Assembly (NCBI GenBank): GCA_031394335.1
Contig: JANMXS010000336.1
Span: forward strand, 1 to 57,499
Direction of reading: 5' to 3'
Source: Burkholderiales bacterium
Lineage (GTDB): Bacteria > Pseudomonadota > Gammaproteobacteria > Burkholderiales > Usitatibacteraceae
DNA: 57,499 nt
Below are positions 27,799-38,177 of this stretch, piece after piece. The translations under genes and the position numbers were made by a program. The first letter of the stretch is position 1. Each line of letters opens with the position of its first letter. Below the pieces are notes generated by a model that searched no databases, had not been told where the DNA came from, and was given only the letters and a program-made list of their open reading frames with translations.

Positions 27799-27865
27799 GG
27801 ATTAGACGCGCCGCAAAATACTGAATGATCTGCGATTTTACGGGGTAAGCCCCACTAAGGCAAAG

Positions 27866-29416
27866 CTAAGCGCGGGATTTGCGAGCGAAAAATGCCACCG
27901 CGATCAGAATCAGGGCGATGCCCAGCAGCACTGGCCAATCACCCCAGCGCACAAAGGGTGTTATCCCGCTGCGTGGCTGCGCATCGATTTCCAGCACGCC
28001 GCGGGTGAATTGCGGCAGGGCTTTGACGATTTCACCATGTTCGTTGATCGCTGCGGTGACGCCGGTATTGGTCGCGCGCAGCATCCAGCGCGAGGTCTCG
28101 AGCGCGCGCATCTGCGAAAACTGCGCGTGCTGATCGGCGGCCAGCGAACGGCCGTACCAGGCCATATTGGAGATGTTAACCAGCAGTTCGGCGTCCGGCA
28201 GCGGGCGACGAATTTCATCGCCAAAAGTATCCTCATAGCAAATGTTGATCGCAACGCGATGGCCTGAAACCCGCATGGATGCTTGCTCCCGGGCACCCGG
28301 GGTAAATCCGGCGAGGGGAATTTTCAACCATTGATAGACCCAGGAAAACATCGGCGGCATGAATTCACCGAACGCAACCAGGTGCTGTTTATCGTAGCGC
28401 TGGCTTGCCGAGACGCCCAGGGAAATAGCCGTGTTGTAATAAGTGTAAAGCGGCTCGTCAGGCGCAGCACGCTGGGCGATGGGCACACCGACAATCAGGT
28501 CACCGCCGTTCTGCTCAGCCTGCTGTTTGAGCGCGCTCAGGTATTCGCGCGGCACTTCGTCAATGAATGTCGGTAACGCGGTTTCGGGCAAAACAATCAG
28601 CTTGGCCGAGCTGGCCTTCACCATGACAAGGTAAGCATCCAGCGTAGCGGCCCGTTGGTCTTCGCGCCATTTCATTGCCTGCTCGATATTGCCCTGCAAC
28701 AGTGCAACTGTAACCGGAGCACCAGTTGGCACGCTCCAGCCGACCGATTGCAACGCGATACCGGCGCACCACAGGATTGCGACAACAACGGCGGCACCCA
28801 TCTGGCGGGAACGTGAAAATCGCAAGCCGGATAGCAGAGGAATACAGGCGACCACCACACCTGCGCTCAAAGCGATCATCCACGACAGCCCGAATACGCC
28901 AAATACCGGCGCAAAGCCGGACAGCGGCGCGCCGAGCAAGCCGCCAGGTGTTTGCGAATAGCCGGCAATCAGCCACGGGAAGCCGCTTATGAACCAACCG
29001 CGCAGGTATTCGGACAGCACGAATAAAGCAGGCATTGCCGCCAGCAAGATCAACAGGGGAAATGACGGGAGTTGCGCATGCAGGCGGCGCACCAGTACGC
29101 CAGCGAGCAGCGGGTACAACGACAGATAACTGCAAAACAGCAGGATCGCGAGCGCGGCCAGCGGCGCCGGCATATTGCCGTAAACATGCAGACTCACATA
29201 CAGCCACGAGACCCCGGTAAGGAAAAATCCCAGCCCCCAACAGAATCCGTACAGCGCAGCCTGTTTTTTTGAGACGGCGCGAAACCACAGGGCGAACAGG
29301 CATGCCAGCGAAATGATCAGCAGCAGCCAGATATGGAACGGCGCGAATGCAGCAACCCCAAGTGCCCCCGACGCAACTGCCAGCAGTGCGCGCGCCGTTT
29401 CAGGCGGCTTTGGCAT
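27866..29416 (-). CDS. lnt: Apolipoprotein N-acyltransferase
   Basis: ORF trimmed to ATG 29416 (MPKPPETARALLAV...). Multiple TM helices plus a CN-hydrolase domain (PETA.P, NICYE). Confidence 0.9.
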   Translation of the reverse strand: MPKPPETARALLAVASGALGVAAFAPFHIWLLLIISLACLFALWFRAVSKKQAALYGFCWGLGFFLTGVSWLYVSLHVYGNMPAPLAALAILLFCSYLSLYPLLAGVLVRRLHAQLPSFPLLILLAAMPALFVLSEYLRGWFISGFPWLIAGYSQTPGGLLGAPLSGFAPVFGVFGLSWMIALSAGVVVACIPLLSGLRFSRSRQMGAAVVVAILWCAGIALQSVGWSVPTGAPVTVALLQGNIEQAMKWREDQRAATLDAYLVMVKASSAKLIVLPETALPTFIDEVPREYLSALKQQAEQNGGDLIVGVPIAQRAAPDEPLYTYYNTAISLGVSASQRYDKQHLVAFGEFMPPMFSWVYQWLKIPLAGFTPGAREQASMRVSGHRVAINICYEDTFGDEIRRPLPDAELLVNISNMAWYGRSLAADQHAQFSQMRALETSRWMLRATNTGVTAAINEHGEIVKALPQFTRGVLEIDAQPRSGITPFVRWGDWPVLLGIALILIAVAFFARKSRA

Positions 29417-30251
29417 CTTCCGCCTGCGGTGGGGGCAGCCTCTCAACCAGCAGTGAATGGGCCATGCGACTATCCGCGCGCAATACCGAGAATTTGAATC
29501 CGTTAAAGGTAACGATATCACCGCGCTTGGGTACGCGACCGAACTGGTTTACCACCAAGCCGCCGACGGTGTCGAAATCTTCATCCGGAAAACTCACACC
29601 AAAGTGTTCATTGAAGTCCTCGATTTCGGTCACCGCCTTGACGCGGAAGCGGCCGGCCTTGTCGGGAATGATGTTGTCCTCGGTCTCATCGAAATCATAT
29701 TCATCCTCGATGTCGCCAACGATCTGTTCGAGCACATCTTCGATGGTAACCAGGCCGGCCACGCCACCATATTCATCGACCACAATAGCGATGTGGTTGC
29801 GATTCTCCTTGAATTCGCGCAGCAGGATATTGAGCCGCTTCGATTCGGGCACGAACACGGCCGGGCGCAACATATCGCGCACATCGAAGGCTTCGGCATT
29901 GGCGTAATAACCCAGCAGATCCTTGGCCAGCAAAATGCCAATCACATTATCCTTGCCGTTTTCATAGACCGGGAATCGCGAGTGCGCGGTTTGCATGACG
30001 AAGGGAATGAATACATCCGGTTCGTCCTCGACATCGATCATGTCCATTTGCGAGCGCGGAATCATCACATCGCGCGCCTGCATCTCCGAAACCTGCATGA
30101 CGCCCTCGATCATCGATAGCGCCTCGGCATCCAATAATTGTTTTTCGTGTGCGCCGTGCAGTAGCTCGACCAGTTGGTCGCGATCTTCCGGCTTGCGCAG
30201 CAGCAGGGAAGACAGGCGCTCCAGCAGCGAGCGCTTGGGGGAATCGTCCAT
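29400..30251 (-). CDS. corC: CorC/YbeX-type CBS-domain magnesium/cobalt efflux-associated protein
   Basis: 283 aa with a CBS pair plus the CorC_HlyC C-terminal domain. Confidence 0.88.
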   Translation of the reverse strand: MDDSPKRSLLERLSSLLLRKPEDRDQLVELLHGAHEKQLLDAEALSMIEGVMQVSEMQARDVMIPRSQMDMIDVEDEPDVFIPFVMQTAHSRFPVYENGKDNVIGILLAKDLLGYYANAEAFDVRDMLRPAVFVPESKRLNILLREFKENRNHIAIVVDEYGGVAGLVTIEDVLEQIVGDIEDEYDFDETEDNIIPDKAGRFRVKAVTEIEDFNEHFGVSFPDEDFDTVGGLVVNQFGRVPKRGDIVTFNGFKFSVLRADSRMAHSLLVERLPPPQAEDAKAA

Positions 30252-30361
30252 GGGATAAATCAGAATTGCGAGAAGTTCACTTTATCACATCGCTGTTTTT
30301 TGACTGCTGGTTTTTGACTATATTGCGGCGACATGACAGACGCTTGCATGCCTTGCGCAGA

Positions 30362-30802
30362 TCACACATAAGGGTTCGGATAGCCCAGCGCCGCCAGTAT
30401 TGCTGCCTCGCGCGCTTCCATGACCTTGGCTTCCTTTTCCGTTTCGTGGTCGAAGCCCGCCAGATGCAAAGCGCCATGGACGGTCAGGTGCGCATAATGT
30501 GCAATCAGCGGCTTGCCCTGTTCGCGTGCTTCACGGGCCACAATCGGCGCGCACAGGATGATGTCGCCCAGCAATGTCCTGGCGTTGCCCTCGTGGTACA
30601 CAAAGGTCAGCACATTGGTCGCATAGTCCTTGCCCCGAAACGCGGAATTGAGATTGCGACCTTCTGCGGCATTGACGATGCGCAGAGCCAGTTCGGCGTC
30701 CCTATCCAGGGCCGCAGCAATCCATTTGCGAAACGCGCGGGCATCGGGAATATTCGGCAAAAGGCTGACCAGCTGAACGTCGAGGTTGATTTTCCTTGAC
30801 AT
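30362..30802 (-). CDS. ybeY: rRNA maturation endoribonuclease YbeY
   Basis: ORF trimmed to ATG 30802 ([11 protein letters not shown]...). Zinc motif [11 protein letters not shown]. Confidence 0.9.
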   Translation of the reverse strand: MSRKINLDVQLVSLLPNIPDARAFRKWIAAALDRDAELALRIVNAAEGRNLNSAFRGKDYATNVLTFVYHEGNARTLLGDIILCAPIVAREAREQGKPLIAHYAHLTVHGALHLAGFDHETEKEAKVMEAREAAILAALGYPNPYV

Positions 30803-30806
30803 AAAA

Positions 30807-31937
30807 TTACTGCGCCGGAGCGGGTGCCGTGCGTGCCATGGCGAGGAGTTTCGCGTACTGGGCGGCCACATAATCGTCACTGAGGCCCATCAGGTTTTCA
30901 CCCACATAGATCTCCATCGCACTCCAGTTGGGCAGGTCGGAAGCACGCGGTGCGCCCAGCCAGCACTGTTCCTCTGCCGCAATTTTATCGCGTGCGAATT
31001 CGAGCGCGGTTGTTGCGACCGGAAAATGCAGATGTAGCATGTTCGCCTGCGGCGGGTTCGGATTCACCAGCAGCTGATCTACGGCTGCCATCGTTTTGGC
31101 AAACGTTTTAGCACGCTCAAACCAGGCCGGCATGTGCGCAATGCGTTCGTCAAATCGCATTGCCGCGCTGGCGACGAAGGGCAGCATCTGCACCAGATTA
31201 CCGCCATGGCGGCGCTGCCAGACGCGCGCCTCGGCAATGAAACCGGTATCGCCCAGCAACATCGCACCGGCCATTCCGCCAATACCCTTGTAAAACGAAA
31301 CATAAACCGAGTCGAAGCCGGCACAAATGTCGGCGTAACTGCAATTTTTATAAAACGCCCGGCTTTCCCATAAGCGCGCGCCGTCGAGACAGAGTTTGAT
31401 CTCGCGCTCACGAGTAACCTGTTTGATCGCCTCAAGCTCAGCCCAAGTCGGCAACTGGCCACCAATCTCACGCGCAGGGAGCTCAACGATCACAGCAGAA
31501 ATAGGCTGCGTGAGTTCGGCAATATGCTTGGCGGTGATCGGTGAATTACGCGGGCCGATATGCACTGCCTTGAGTTGGTGCAAAAAAGCGTAGCCCTGCT
31601 GTTCATGAAGTTCGAGATGACAAGTTGGATGCATGCCGAACACTGGCGTCTTCGTTCGATCTGCCCAGACGCGCACTGCAATCTGCTGTGCCATGGTGCC
31701 ACTGGGCATGAACGCCGCTGCAGGCTTGCCAAGCAGAGCAGCGATCCTGGCCTCAAACTCATTGATGAATTTACCGCTGCCATAGACATCCGCATCATAG
31801 CCGTGGATGCGGCACCACTCGCCAACGGCAATCAGCTCGGCGCCGGGCACAGCATTCGAGTGGCCCGGAATGATGGTGGTGCAAGCGCGCTTCAGCGCGG
31901 CGCGCTGTTCGGCGCTGGGTGGCTGGACGTAAGCCAT
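30807..31937 (-). CDS. PLP-dependent threonine-aldolase / beta-eliminating-lyase family protein, unknown specificity
   Basis: 376 aa. [11 protein letters not shown] and the PLP-lysine context [10 protein letters not shown] parallel the LtaE motifs. Wedged between phoH (gap 3 nt) and ybeY (gap 4 nt). Confidence 0.7.
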   Translation of the reverse strand: MAYVQPPSAEQRAALKRACTTIIPGHSNAVPGAELIAVGEWCRIHGYDADVYGSGKFINEFEARIAALLGKPAAAFMPSGTMAQQIAVRVWADRTKTPVFGMHPTCHLELHEQQGYAFLHQLKAVHIGPRNSPITAKHIAELTQPISAVIVELPAREIGGQLPTWAELEAIKQVTREREIKLCLDGARLWESRAFYKNCSYADICAGFDSVYVSFYKGIGGMAGAMLLGDTGFIAEARVWQRRHGGNLVQMLPFVASAAMRFDERIAHMPAWFERAKTFAKTMAAVDQLLVNPNPPQANMLHLHFPVATTALEFARDKIAAEEQCWLGAPRASDLPNWSAMEIYVGENLMGLSDDYVAAQYAKLLAMARTAPAPAQ

Positions 31938-31940
31938 CGC

Positions 31941-32963
31941 CTAACGGACATTCCGGTTATGGGCTTCGTAAGCAGTCACAATCGACTGCACCAGCGGGTG
32001 TCGCACCACATCGTTGGCCTGAAAAATCGTGAAGCCGATATCGCGAATGCCATGCAACACATTGCGTGCATCGATCAAGCCGCTTTGCGTACCGTGGCGC
32101 AAATCGACTTGCGTCACGTCACCGGTAATCACCGCCTTGCTGCCGAAGCCGATACGCGTCAAAAACATTTTCATCTGCTCGGGCGTGGTGTTTTGCGCCT
32201 CGTCGAGGATGATGAAGGAATGATTCAAGGTGCGGCCACGCATGAACGCCAGCGGTGCGACTTCGATCTGGTTGCGATCGAACATGCGCTGCACCTTATC
32301 GAAGCCGAGCAGATCATAAAGCGCGTCGTAAAGCGGGCGCAGATAGGGATCGACTTTTTGCGACAAGTCGCCAGGCAAAAAGCCAAGGCGCTCGCCAGCT
32401 TCCACCGTCGGGCGCGTCAGCAAGATGCGCTTGACCAGATCGCGCTCAAAGGCGTCAACCGCGCAGGCCACCGCGAGATAGGTTTTACCGGTGCCGGCCG
32501 GGCCGACGCCAAAGGTGATGTCGTGTGTTTGCATTTGCCGGATGTACTGCGCCTGGCGATCGGTGCGCGCACGCAGGTCGGGACGGCGGGTATGCAGGGC
32601 GATATTGTCCGGGGCGTTTTCAGGATCCTCGACCGGCTCGTTCTGGGTCCGGGATGGGCGTATTCCACCAGTCTCACTCCCGCCACGACTGCGGCGCAGC
32701 TCCAGCAATCCCAACTGGATTTCTTCGGCCGTCAAACTGCGGCTGGCACGCGAATAAAATTTGTTCAGCGCCTTGGCGGCAAGATCGATTTTTTCGCGCT
32801 CGCCGGAAATGCTGAATTTTTCTCCGCGGCGCGCGATCGACACTTCGAGCGTGGCCTCAATCTGGCGCAGGTTGGCATCCAGTGAGCCACACAACGAGGC
32901 GAGCTTGCGGTTATCGACGGGGGTAAGGCTGAATTCCAGCGAAGGCGTTTTCATGCGCGTCAT
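31941..32963 (-). CDS. ybeZ: PhoH-like ATPase (YbeZ)
   Basis: 340 aa. Walker [13 protein letters not shown] and ILDEAQN. Confidence 0.9.
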   Translation of the reverse strand: MTRMKTPSLEFSLTPVDNRKLASLCGSLDANLRQIEATLEVSIARRGEKFSISGEREKIDLAAKALNKFYSRASRSLTAEEIQLGLLELRRSRGGSETGGIRPSRTQNEPVEDPENAPDNIALHTRRPDLRARTDRQAQYIRQMQTHDITFGVGPAGTGKTYLAVACAVDAFERDLVKRILLTRPTVEAGERLGFLPGDLSQKVDPYLRPLYDALYDLLGFDKVQRMFDRNQIEVAPLAFMRGRTLNHSFIILDEAQNTTPEQMKMFLTRIGFGSKAVITGDVTQVDLRHGTQSGLIDARNVLHGIRDIGFTIFQANDVVRHPLVQSIVTAYEAHNRNVR

Positions 32964-34324
32964 GCCGCGATCGTTTCTGCGATGACGATTTCTCCACGTA
33001 GCGTGAAATGCATGGCGTCGGTAATCAGCACATCAACGAAAGCGCCAATCAGCCGCTTGTTGCCTGGAAAATTCACCACGCGATTGTTATCGGTACGGCC
33101 CATCAACTCGGTTTCATCCTTGCGTGAAGCACCTTCGATCAACACCCGTTGGGTGCTGCCGACCATCGCGTTGGAAATCGCCGTGGCCTGCGCTTCGAGC
33201 ACACGCTGCAGGCGCTGCAATCGCTTCAGCTTGACCTCATACGGCATATCGTCAATGAGGCTGGCTGCCGGCGTGCCGGGGCGACGCGAATAAATGAACG
33301 AGAAGCTGCCATCGAACTGGAGGTCTTCCACCAGCTTCACCGTCTTTTCAAAATCGTCATCGGTTTCACCGGGAAAGCCGATGATGAAATCGCTGGAAAT
33401 CGAAATATCCGGGCGCACCGCGCGCAGGCGGCGGATGATCGATTTGTACTCCATCACGGTGTAATTGCGCTTCATCGCCGCCAAAATTCGATCGCTGCCT
33501 GCCTGCACTGGCAGATGCAGCTGCGAAACCAGCTTGGGCAATTTTCCGTAGGCGTCGATCAGGCGCTGCGTGAACTCCAGCGGGTGCGAGGTGGTGTAGC
33601 GAATCCGCTCGATCTGCGGAATGGCGTGGATCGCGCCCAGTAACAGCGCGAAGTCGGCACTCTCGCCGTCCTCCATTTCGCCAATGTAGGCGTTGACGTT
33701 TTGACCCAGCAAGGTAACTTCCTTGACGCCTTTCTCGACCAGCGCATTGACCTCAGCCATCACGCTCTCGAAGGAACGCGAAATTTCCTCTCCGCGCGTG
33801 TACGGAACCACACAGAAGCTGCAGTACTTCGAGCAACCTTCCATGATCGACACGAATGCGGTCACGCCCTCAACGCGCGCCGGCGGCATATGGTCAAATT
33901 TTTCAACTTCGGGGAAGGAGATGTCTACTTGCGAGGTGCCAGTGCTGCGCCTGGCCTCGATCATTTGTGGCAGACGATGCAGCGTTTGCGGTCCGAATAC
34001 CAGATCGACATAAGGCGCGCGCTTGACAATCACATCGCCCTCTTGCGAAGCGACACAGCCGCCGACGCCGATCATCAGCCCCGGCCTGGCATCCTTGAGC
34101 TCGCGCAGGCGGCCCAGATCCGAAAACACTTTCTCCTGCGCTTTTTCGCGCACCGAGCAGGTGTTGAGGAGGATCATGTCCGCGTCTTCGACCTTGTCCG
34201 TTTTCTCGTAACCCTCGAAGGCATTGAGCACATCGGCCATCTTGTCCGAGTCGTACTCGTTCATCTGACACCCGAAGGTTTTGATGAACAGCTTCTTGGC
34301 GGGCGCTTTGATTGGTGCGGTCAT
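32960..34324 (-). CDS. miaB: tRNA-2-methylthio-N6-dimethylallyladenosine synthase
   Basis: ORF trimmed to ATG 34324 (AGGAG SD; [26 protein letters not shown]). Radical-SAM CSKYCSFC and a TRAM domain. Confidence 0.93.
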   Translation of the reverse strand: MTAPIKAPAKKLFIKTFGCQMNEYDSDKMADVLNAFEGYEKTDKVEDADMILLNTCSVREKAQEKVFSDLGRLRELKDARPGLMIGVGGCVASQEGDVIVKRAPYVDLVFGPQTLHRLPQMIEARRSTGTSQVDISFPEVEKFDHMPPARVEGVTAFVSIMEGCSKYCSFCVVPYTRGEEISRSFESVMAEVNALVEKGVKEVTLLGQNVNAYIGEMEDGESADFALLLGAIHAIPQIERIRYTTSHPLEFTQRLIDAYGKLPKLVSQLHLPVQAGSDRILAAMKRNYTVMEYKSIIRRLRAVRPDISISSDFIIGFPGETDDDFEKTVKLVEDLQFDGSFSFIYSRRPGTPAASLIDDMPYEVKLKRLQRLQRVLEAQATAISNAMVGSTQRVLIEGASRKDETELMGRTDNNRVVNFPGNKRLIGAFVDVLITDAMHFTLRGEIVIAETIAA

Positions 34325-34506
34325 GCGAGTCTCCTGGATCACGGGGAATAGCCCGGGCAGGTGGTGCAATTGGATTCGGTGAAAGCCTTTAGAAACGGAG
34401 CGAGAAGCTTCAAGTTGGCGGGGAGCAGCGGAATCGTACATTTGTACGATGAGCAGCGGACCCGACAAATTGAGGCTTCGCAGCCCGTTTATGAAGGCTT
34501 AACGAG

Positions 34507-34531
34507 AAAGGGCCAGCAACGCTGGCCCTTT
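34507..34531 (-). terminator. Intrinsic terminator downstream of tRNA(CAU)
   Basis: On the minus strand, AGGGCCAGC-GTT-GCTGGCCCT followed by TTCTCGTT, 9 nt after the tRNA CCA end. Confidence 0.75.
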
Positions 34532-34540
34532 CGAGTGTTC

Positions 34541-34617
34541 TGGTGGCCAATCCCTGATTCGAACAGGGGACCTGCGGATTATGATTCCGTCGCTCTAACC
34601 GGCTGAGCTAATTGGCC
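34541..34617 (-). tRNA. tRNA with CAU anticodon (elongator Met or lysidine-modified Ile2; not distinguishable by eye)
   Basis: GGCCAATTAGCTCAGCCGGTTAGAGCGACGGAATCATAATCCGCAGGTCCCCTGTTCGAATCAGGGATTGGCCACCA. Cloverleaf with a 7-bp acceptor stem, a GTTCGAATC T-loop and encoded CCA. Confidence 0.9.
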
Positions 34618-34656
34618 ATACTTGTTACAGCGCAACACACCGCAACAAGGGGGCGA

Positions 34657-34685
34657 ATTCTGGCATTCACTCACTGGTTTGTCAA
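34657..34685 (-). promoter_or_regulatory. Candidate sigma-70 promoter for tRNA(CAU)
   Basis: Minus strand TTGACA (34685-34680), a 17-nt spacer, CAGAAT (34662-34657), then the GC-rich discriminator TCGCCCCC. About 39 nt upstream of the mature 5' end. Confidence 0.4.
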
Positions 34686-35113
34686 CCAATAGAGCCCATT
34701 TTCTTCGCGGGCTTCATGTCGTACGCTTTTGTTTTATAAGCATTTTCAGCAAAAGCGCCGTATCTGAAAATTTACCTGGCCGGCAGGTCTTGACTTTCAT
34801 GTTGCGCTGCAGCATAGTTTCGCCGCGCAGAATCAGCTTTGCCCTGCGCACGCCCGGAAAAGCCAGCGATATATTGCTTCATCGCTCGCCGCTCCGGCAG
34901 ACAAAACGTCAATCGTGTTTTCATACCCTCTTCGCAGCGCTTCCCTTGCTGCCCATACCGCCAAACCGACTTCCCTGTCGGCATCCCTTATTTTGTCTGG
35001 CGCATCGCATTCGATCAGGGTGACGAGAGCATAATGGCGACCGCTGTACCCGCGACCGATCCATCCCCAGCTTTCCTTTTGATCGCCGCCAATTTCAAAG
35101 GCAACGTTCCGCT

Positions 35114-36991
35114 ATGAATAACCCCAATAAAAAACTTGGCGCACTCACCATTGGCGCTATCGGTGTCGTATTCGGCGATATCGGTACCAGCCCGCTGTAT
35201 GCGCTGAAGGAATCATTCAATCCTGCACACGGCATCCCGTTGAACGAGGCCACGGTGCTGGGCATACTCTCGCTGATGTTCTGGTCGCTGATGACCCTGG
35301 TGACCGTCAAGTACCTGGTGTTCATGATGCGCGCGGACAACAAGGGCGAAGGCGGGATTCTGGCGCTGACCGCATTGGCACAGCGCTGTTATCCGTTCAG
35401 TTCACGCAATCGCTGGTGGGTGGGCGCGCTCGGCATTTTTGGCGCCGCGATGTTTTTCGGCGATGCGGTGATTACGCCCGCAATTTCGGTATTGTCCGCA
35501 GTCGAGGGCCTGAAGGTGGTGTCGCCGACACTGGAACAGTACATCATGCCGATTTCGATCGGCATTATCGTTGCGCTGTTCGCCATTCAACGCCAGGGCA
35601 CCGCCGCCATCGGCAAGCTGTTTGGTCCAACCATGGTGGTTTGGTTTGTAATCATTTTTTTGCTGGGTATCATTCAAGTCGCCAAAAATCCAAACGTGTT
35701 GATGGCGATCAATCCCTATTACAGCTTCCAGTTTCTGATCGCGCACAAATTCCATGCCTTCGTGGTGCTTGGCTCCGTGGTGTTGTGCGTAACCGGCGCA
35801 GAAGCCTTATATGCGGACATGGGTCATTTCGGCAGGACGCCGATACGCTATGCATGGTTCATCATGGTGTGGCCGGCGCTGCTCATTAATTATTTTGGCC
35901 AGGGCGCACTGGTGCTCGCCAACCCGGATGCGGTGACAAATCCGTTCTTTCTGATGGTGCCGAATTGGGCGCTGATCCCGATGATCGGCCTGGCAACCGC
36001 CGCCACCGTCATCGCTTCGCAAGCCGTGATTTCCGGTGCCTACAGCATGTCCAAACAAGCGATCCAGCTGGGCTATCTGCCGCGCTTTGCGATCAAACAT
36101 ACCAACGACAAGGAGGCCGGGCAGATCTACGTGCCATTTATCAACTGGGCGATGCTGGTTGCGATCATTGGCCTCGTACTCGCGTTCAAAAGCTCCGATA
36201 ATCTTGCCGCTGCTTATGGCATTGCGGTCACGATGACGATGCTGATGGCAACGCTTTTGCTCTATGTTGTCATGACCCGAATCTGGAAGTGGAACAGGTG
36301 GCTGGTGTATGCACTGACGGCGGTTCTGGCCGGTAACGACATCATGTTCATGAGTGCATGCCTGCTCAAATTTGTCGATGGCGGCTGGTTCCCGGTGGCG
36401 ATGGGCATCGTGATCTTCACCATCATGAGTACCTGGTGGCGCGGACGACAAATCGTGCGCAACATCACCAACGATAGCGCCATGCCGCTGAAACTCTTCA
36501 TCGAATCAATCGCCATGAGCCCGCCGCACAAAGTGTCGGGTACCGGCATCTTCATGACGCTGAATACCAACAATGGAGTACCGAATGCGATGCTGCACAA
36601 CCTGAAGCACAACAAGGTGCTGCATGAACGGGTTGTGGTCCTTTCGGTAGTCAACGAGGATATTCCGTACGTACCGAAGGAAGATTACGTATGGATCGAA
36701 GATTTGGGACACGGTTTCTGGAGGATCACCGGGCACTACGGCTTCAAGGAGCAGCCCGACATTCCCACCCTGCTCGCCGACTGCAAACTGCAATCGATGA
36801 GCTTCGACATGATGGAGACCAGCTTCTTCATCAACCGCGAAACCCTGATCGCCACGCCGAACAACGGCGGCATGGTGATGTGGCGCGAGCACCTGTTCGT
36901 ATGGATGTCGCACCTCGCCGGCAAGGCCTCCGATTACTTCCGGATTCCGACCAACCGCGTGGTGGAACTGGGCACGCAGATCGAAATCTAG
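35114..36991 (+). CDS. kup: KUP/HAK/KT family potassium uptake transporter
   Basis: 625 aa. GALTIGAIGVVFGDIGTSPLYA N-terminus, 12 TM segments and a cytoplasmic C-terminal domain. Confidence 0.93.
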   Translation: MNNPNKKLGALTIGAIGVVFGDIGTSPLYALKESFNPAHGIPLNEATVLGILSLMFWSLMTLVTVKYLVFMMRADNKGEGGILALTALAQRCYPFSSRNRWWVGALGIFGAAMFFGDAVITPAISVLSAVEGLKVVSPTLEQYIMPISIGIIVALFAIQRQGTAAIGKLFGPTMVVWFVIIFLLGIIQVAKNPNVLMAINPYYSFQFLIAHKFHAFVVLGSVVLCVTGAEALYADMGHFGRTPIRYAWFIMVWPALLINYFGQGALVLANPDAVTNPFFLMVPNWALIPMIGLATAATVIASQAVISGAYSMSKQAIQLGYLPRFAIKHTNDKEAGQIYVPFINWAMLVAIIGLVLAFKSSDNLAAAYGIAVTMTMLMATLLLYVVMTRIWKWNRWLVYALTAVLAGNDIMFMSACLLKFVDGGWFPVAMGIVIFTIMSTWWRGRQIVRNITNDSAMPLKLFIESIAMSPPHKVSGTGIFMTLNTNNGVPNAMLHNLKHNKVLHERVVVLSVVNEDIPYVPKEDYVWIEDLGHGFWRITGHYGFKEQPDIPTLLADCKLQSMSFDMMETSFFINRETLIATPNNGGMVMWREHLFVWMSHLAGKASDYFRIPTNRVVELGTQIEI

Positions 36992-37007
36992 GCATCTGTC
37001 CAAAAAT

Positions 37008-37082
37008 AAAACTCTAGCACTGGCGCGGCGTTTTGAGCATTTTTGCTCAAAACGCCGCGCGGAATGGCGTTCTAAGTTTTTT
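37008..37082. repeat. REP-like palindromic intergenic element, copy B
   Basis: AAAACTCTAGCACTGGCGCGGCGTTTTGAGCATTTTTGCTCAAAACGCCGCGCGGAATGGCGTTCTAAGTTTTTT. Perfect 16-bp stem 37023-37038/37045-37060. Confidence 0.75.
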
Positions 37083-37091
37083 ATCTTAAGG

Positions 37092-38177
37092 CTAAACGTT
37101 GAAGCGGAAGTGCATCACATCGCCGTCCTTGACGATGTATTCCTTGCCCTCAAGCCGCATCTTGCCGGCCTCCTTGGCTTTGGCTTCACCATTGAGCGTG
37201 ACGAAGTCGTTGAAGGCGATGACCTCGGCGCGGATAAAACCGCGCTCGAAATCGGTATGAATCACGCCGGCCGCCTGCGGTGCGGTGGAGCCCTTGTGAA
37301 TCGTCCAGGCGCGCACTTCCTGCACGCCAGCGGTGAAATAGGTTTCGAGGCCAAGCAGCGTATACGCCGAGCGGATCAGGCGGTTAAGGCCCGGCTCGGT
37401 CATGCCGATATCAGCCAGGAAAACATTTTTGTCTTCGTCGCTCAAATCTGAAATTTCCGATTCGACCTTGGCGCAAATCGCCACCACTGGTGCGTTCTCC
37501 GTGGCCGCATGCTCGAGCACCTTGGTCAACAGCGGATTATTCTCGAAGCCACCTTCAATCACGTTGGCGACATACAGCACCGGCTTGGCGGTGATGAAAC
37601 ACAGCGGTTTGATCAGCGCCATCTGATCGCGATCCAACCCCATGCTGCGCACCGGATTGCCCTGGTCGAGGTGCTTCATCAGCGGTTCAAGAATCGCGAC
37701 CATCTTGATCGCCTCCTTGTCGCCGGCACGCGCCTGTTTCTGGAAGCGGTGCAACGCTTTTTCGCCAGTGCCCATATCGGCAAGCGCGAGCTCGGTATCG
37801 ATCACCGCGATATCCGACAACGGATCAACCTTGCCGGCGACGTGAATCACATTCGGATCATCGAAGCAGCGCACCACATGCGCGATCGCGTCGGTCTCGC
37901 GGATGTTGGCGAGAAACTGGTTGCCCAGGCCCTCACCCTTCGAGGCGCCTGCCACCAGACCGGCGATATCGACAAATTCGACGATCGCCGACTGGATTTT
38001 TTTCGGGTTGACGATAGCCGACAGTTGCGCGAGGCGCGGATCGGGCACCTCGACGATGCCGATATTGGGCTCAATGGTGCAGAACGGATAATTTTCCGCC
38101 GCGATCCCCGCCTTGGTGAGCGCATTGAACAAGGTTGATTTGCCCACATTGGGCAGGCCGACAATTCCACACTTCAT
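37092..38177 (-). CDS. ychF: Ribosome-binding ATPase YchF
   Basis: [21 protein letters not shown]..., 361 aa, TGS-like C-terminus. Confidence 0.95.
   Translation of the reverse strand: MKCGIVGLPNVGKSTLFNALTKAGIAAENYPFCTIEPNIGIVEVPDPRLAQLSAIVNPKKIQSAIVEFVDIAGLVAGASKGEGLGNQFLANIRETDAIAHVVRCFDDPNVIHVAGKVDPLSDIAVIDTELALADMGTGEKALHRFQKQARAGDKEAIKMVAILEPLMKHLDQGNPVRSMGLDRDQMALIKPLCFITAKPVLYVANVIEGGFENNPLLTKVLEHAATENAPVVAICAKVESEISDLSDEDKNVFLADIGMTEPGLNRLIRSAYTLLGLETYFTAGVQEVRAWTIHKGSTAPQAAGVIHTDFERGFIRAEVIAFNDFVTLNGEAKAKEAGKMRLEGKEYIVKDGDVMHFRFNV

Noticed and set aside
34622-35023. A 133-aa plus-strand ORF, and a 70-aa minus-strand ORF (34772-34984), in the tRNA-kup gap as candidate novel genes.
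   Set aside because: No SD is present. The composition is Arg/Cys/Pro/Ser-rich with no hydrophobic-polar patterning, and I recognise no motif. I treat the region as non-coding (see the kup leader finding).
34507-35113. A tRNA-adjacent genomic island or prophage integration site next to tRNA(CAU), and similarly next to tRNA-Gln at 40845-40919.
   Set aside because: There is no integrase, no phage or IS genes, and no direct repeat of the tRNA 3' end that I could find. Both tRNAs are flanked by conserved housekeeping genes (miaB/kup, ispE/prs).
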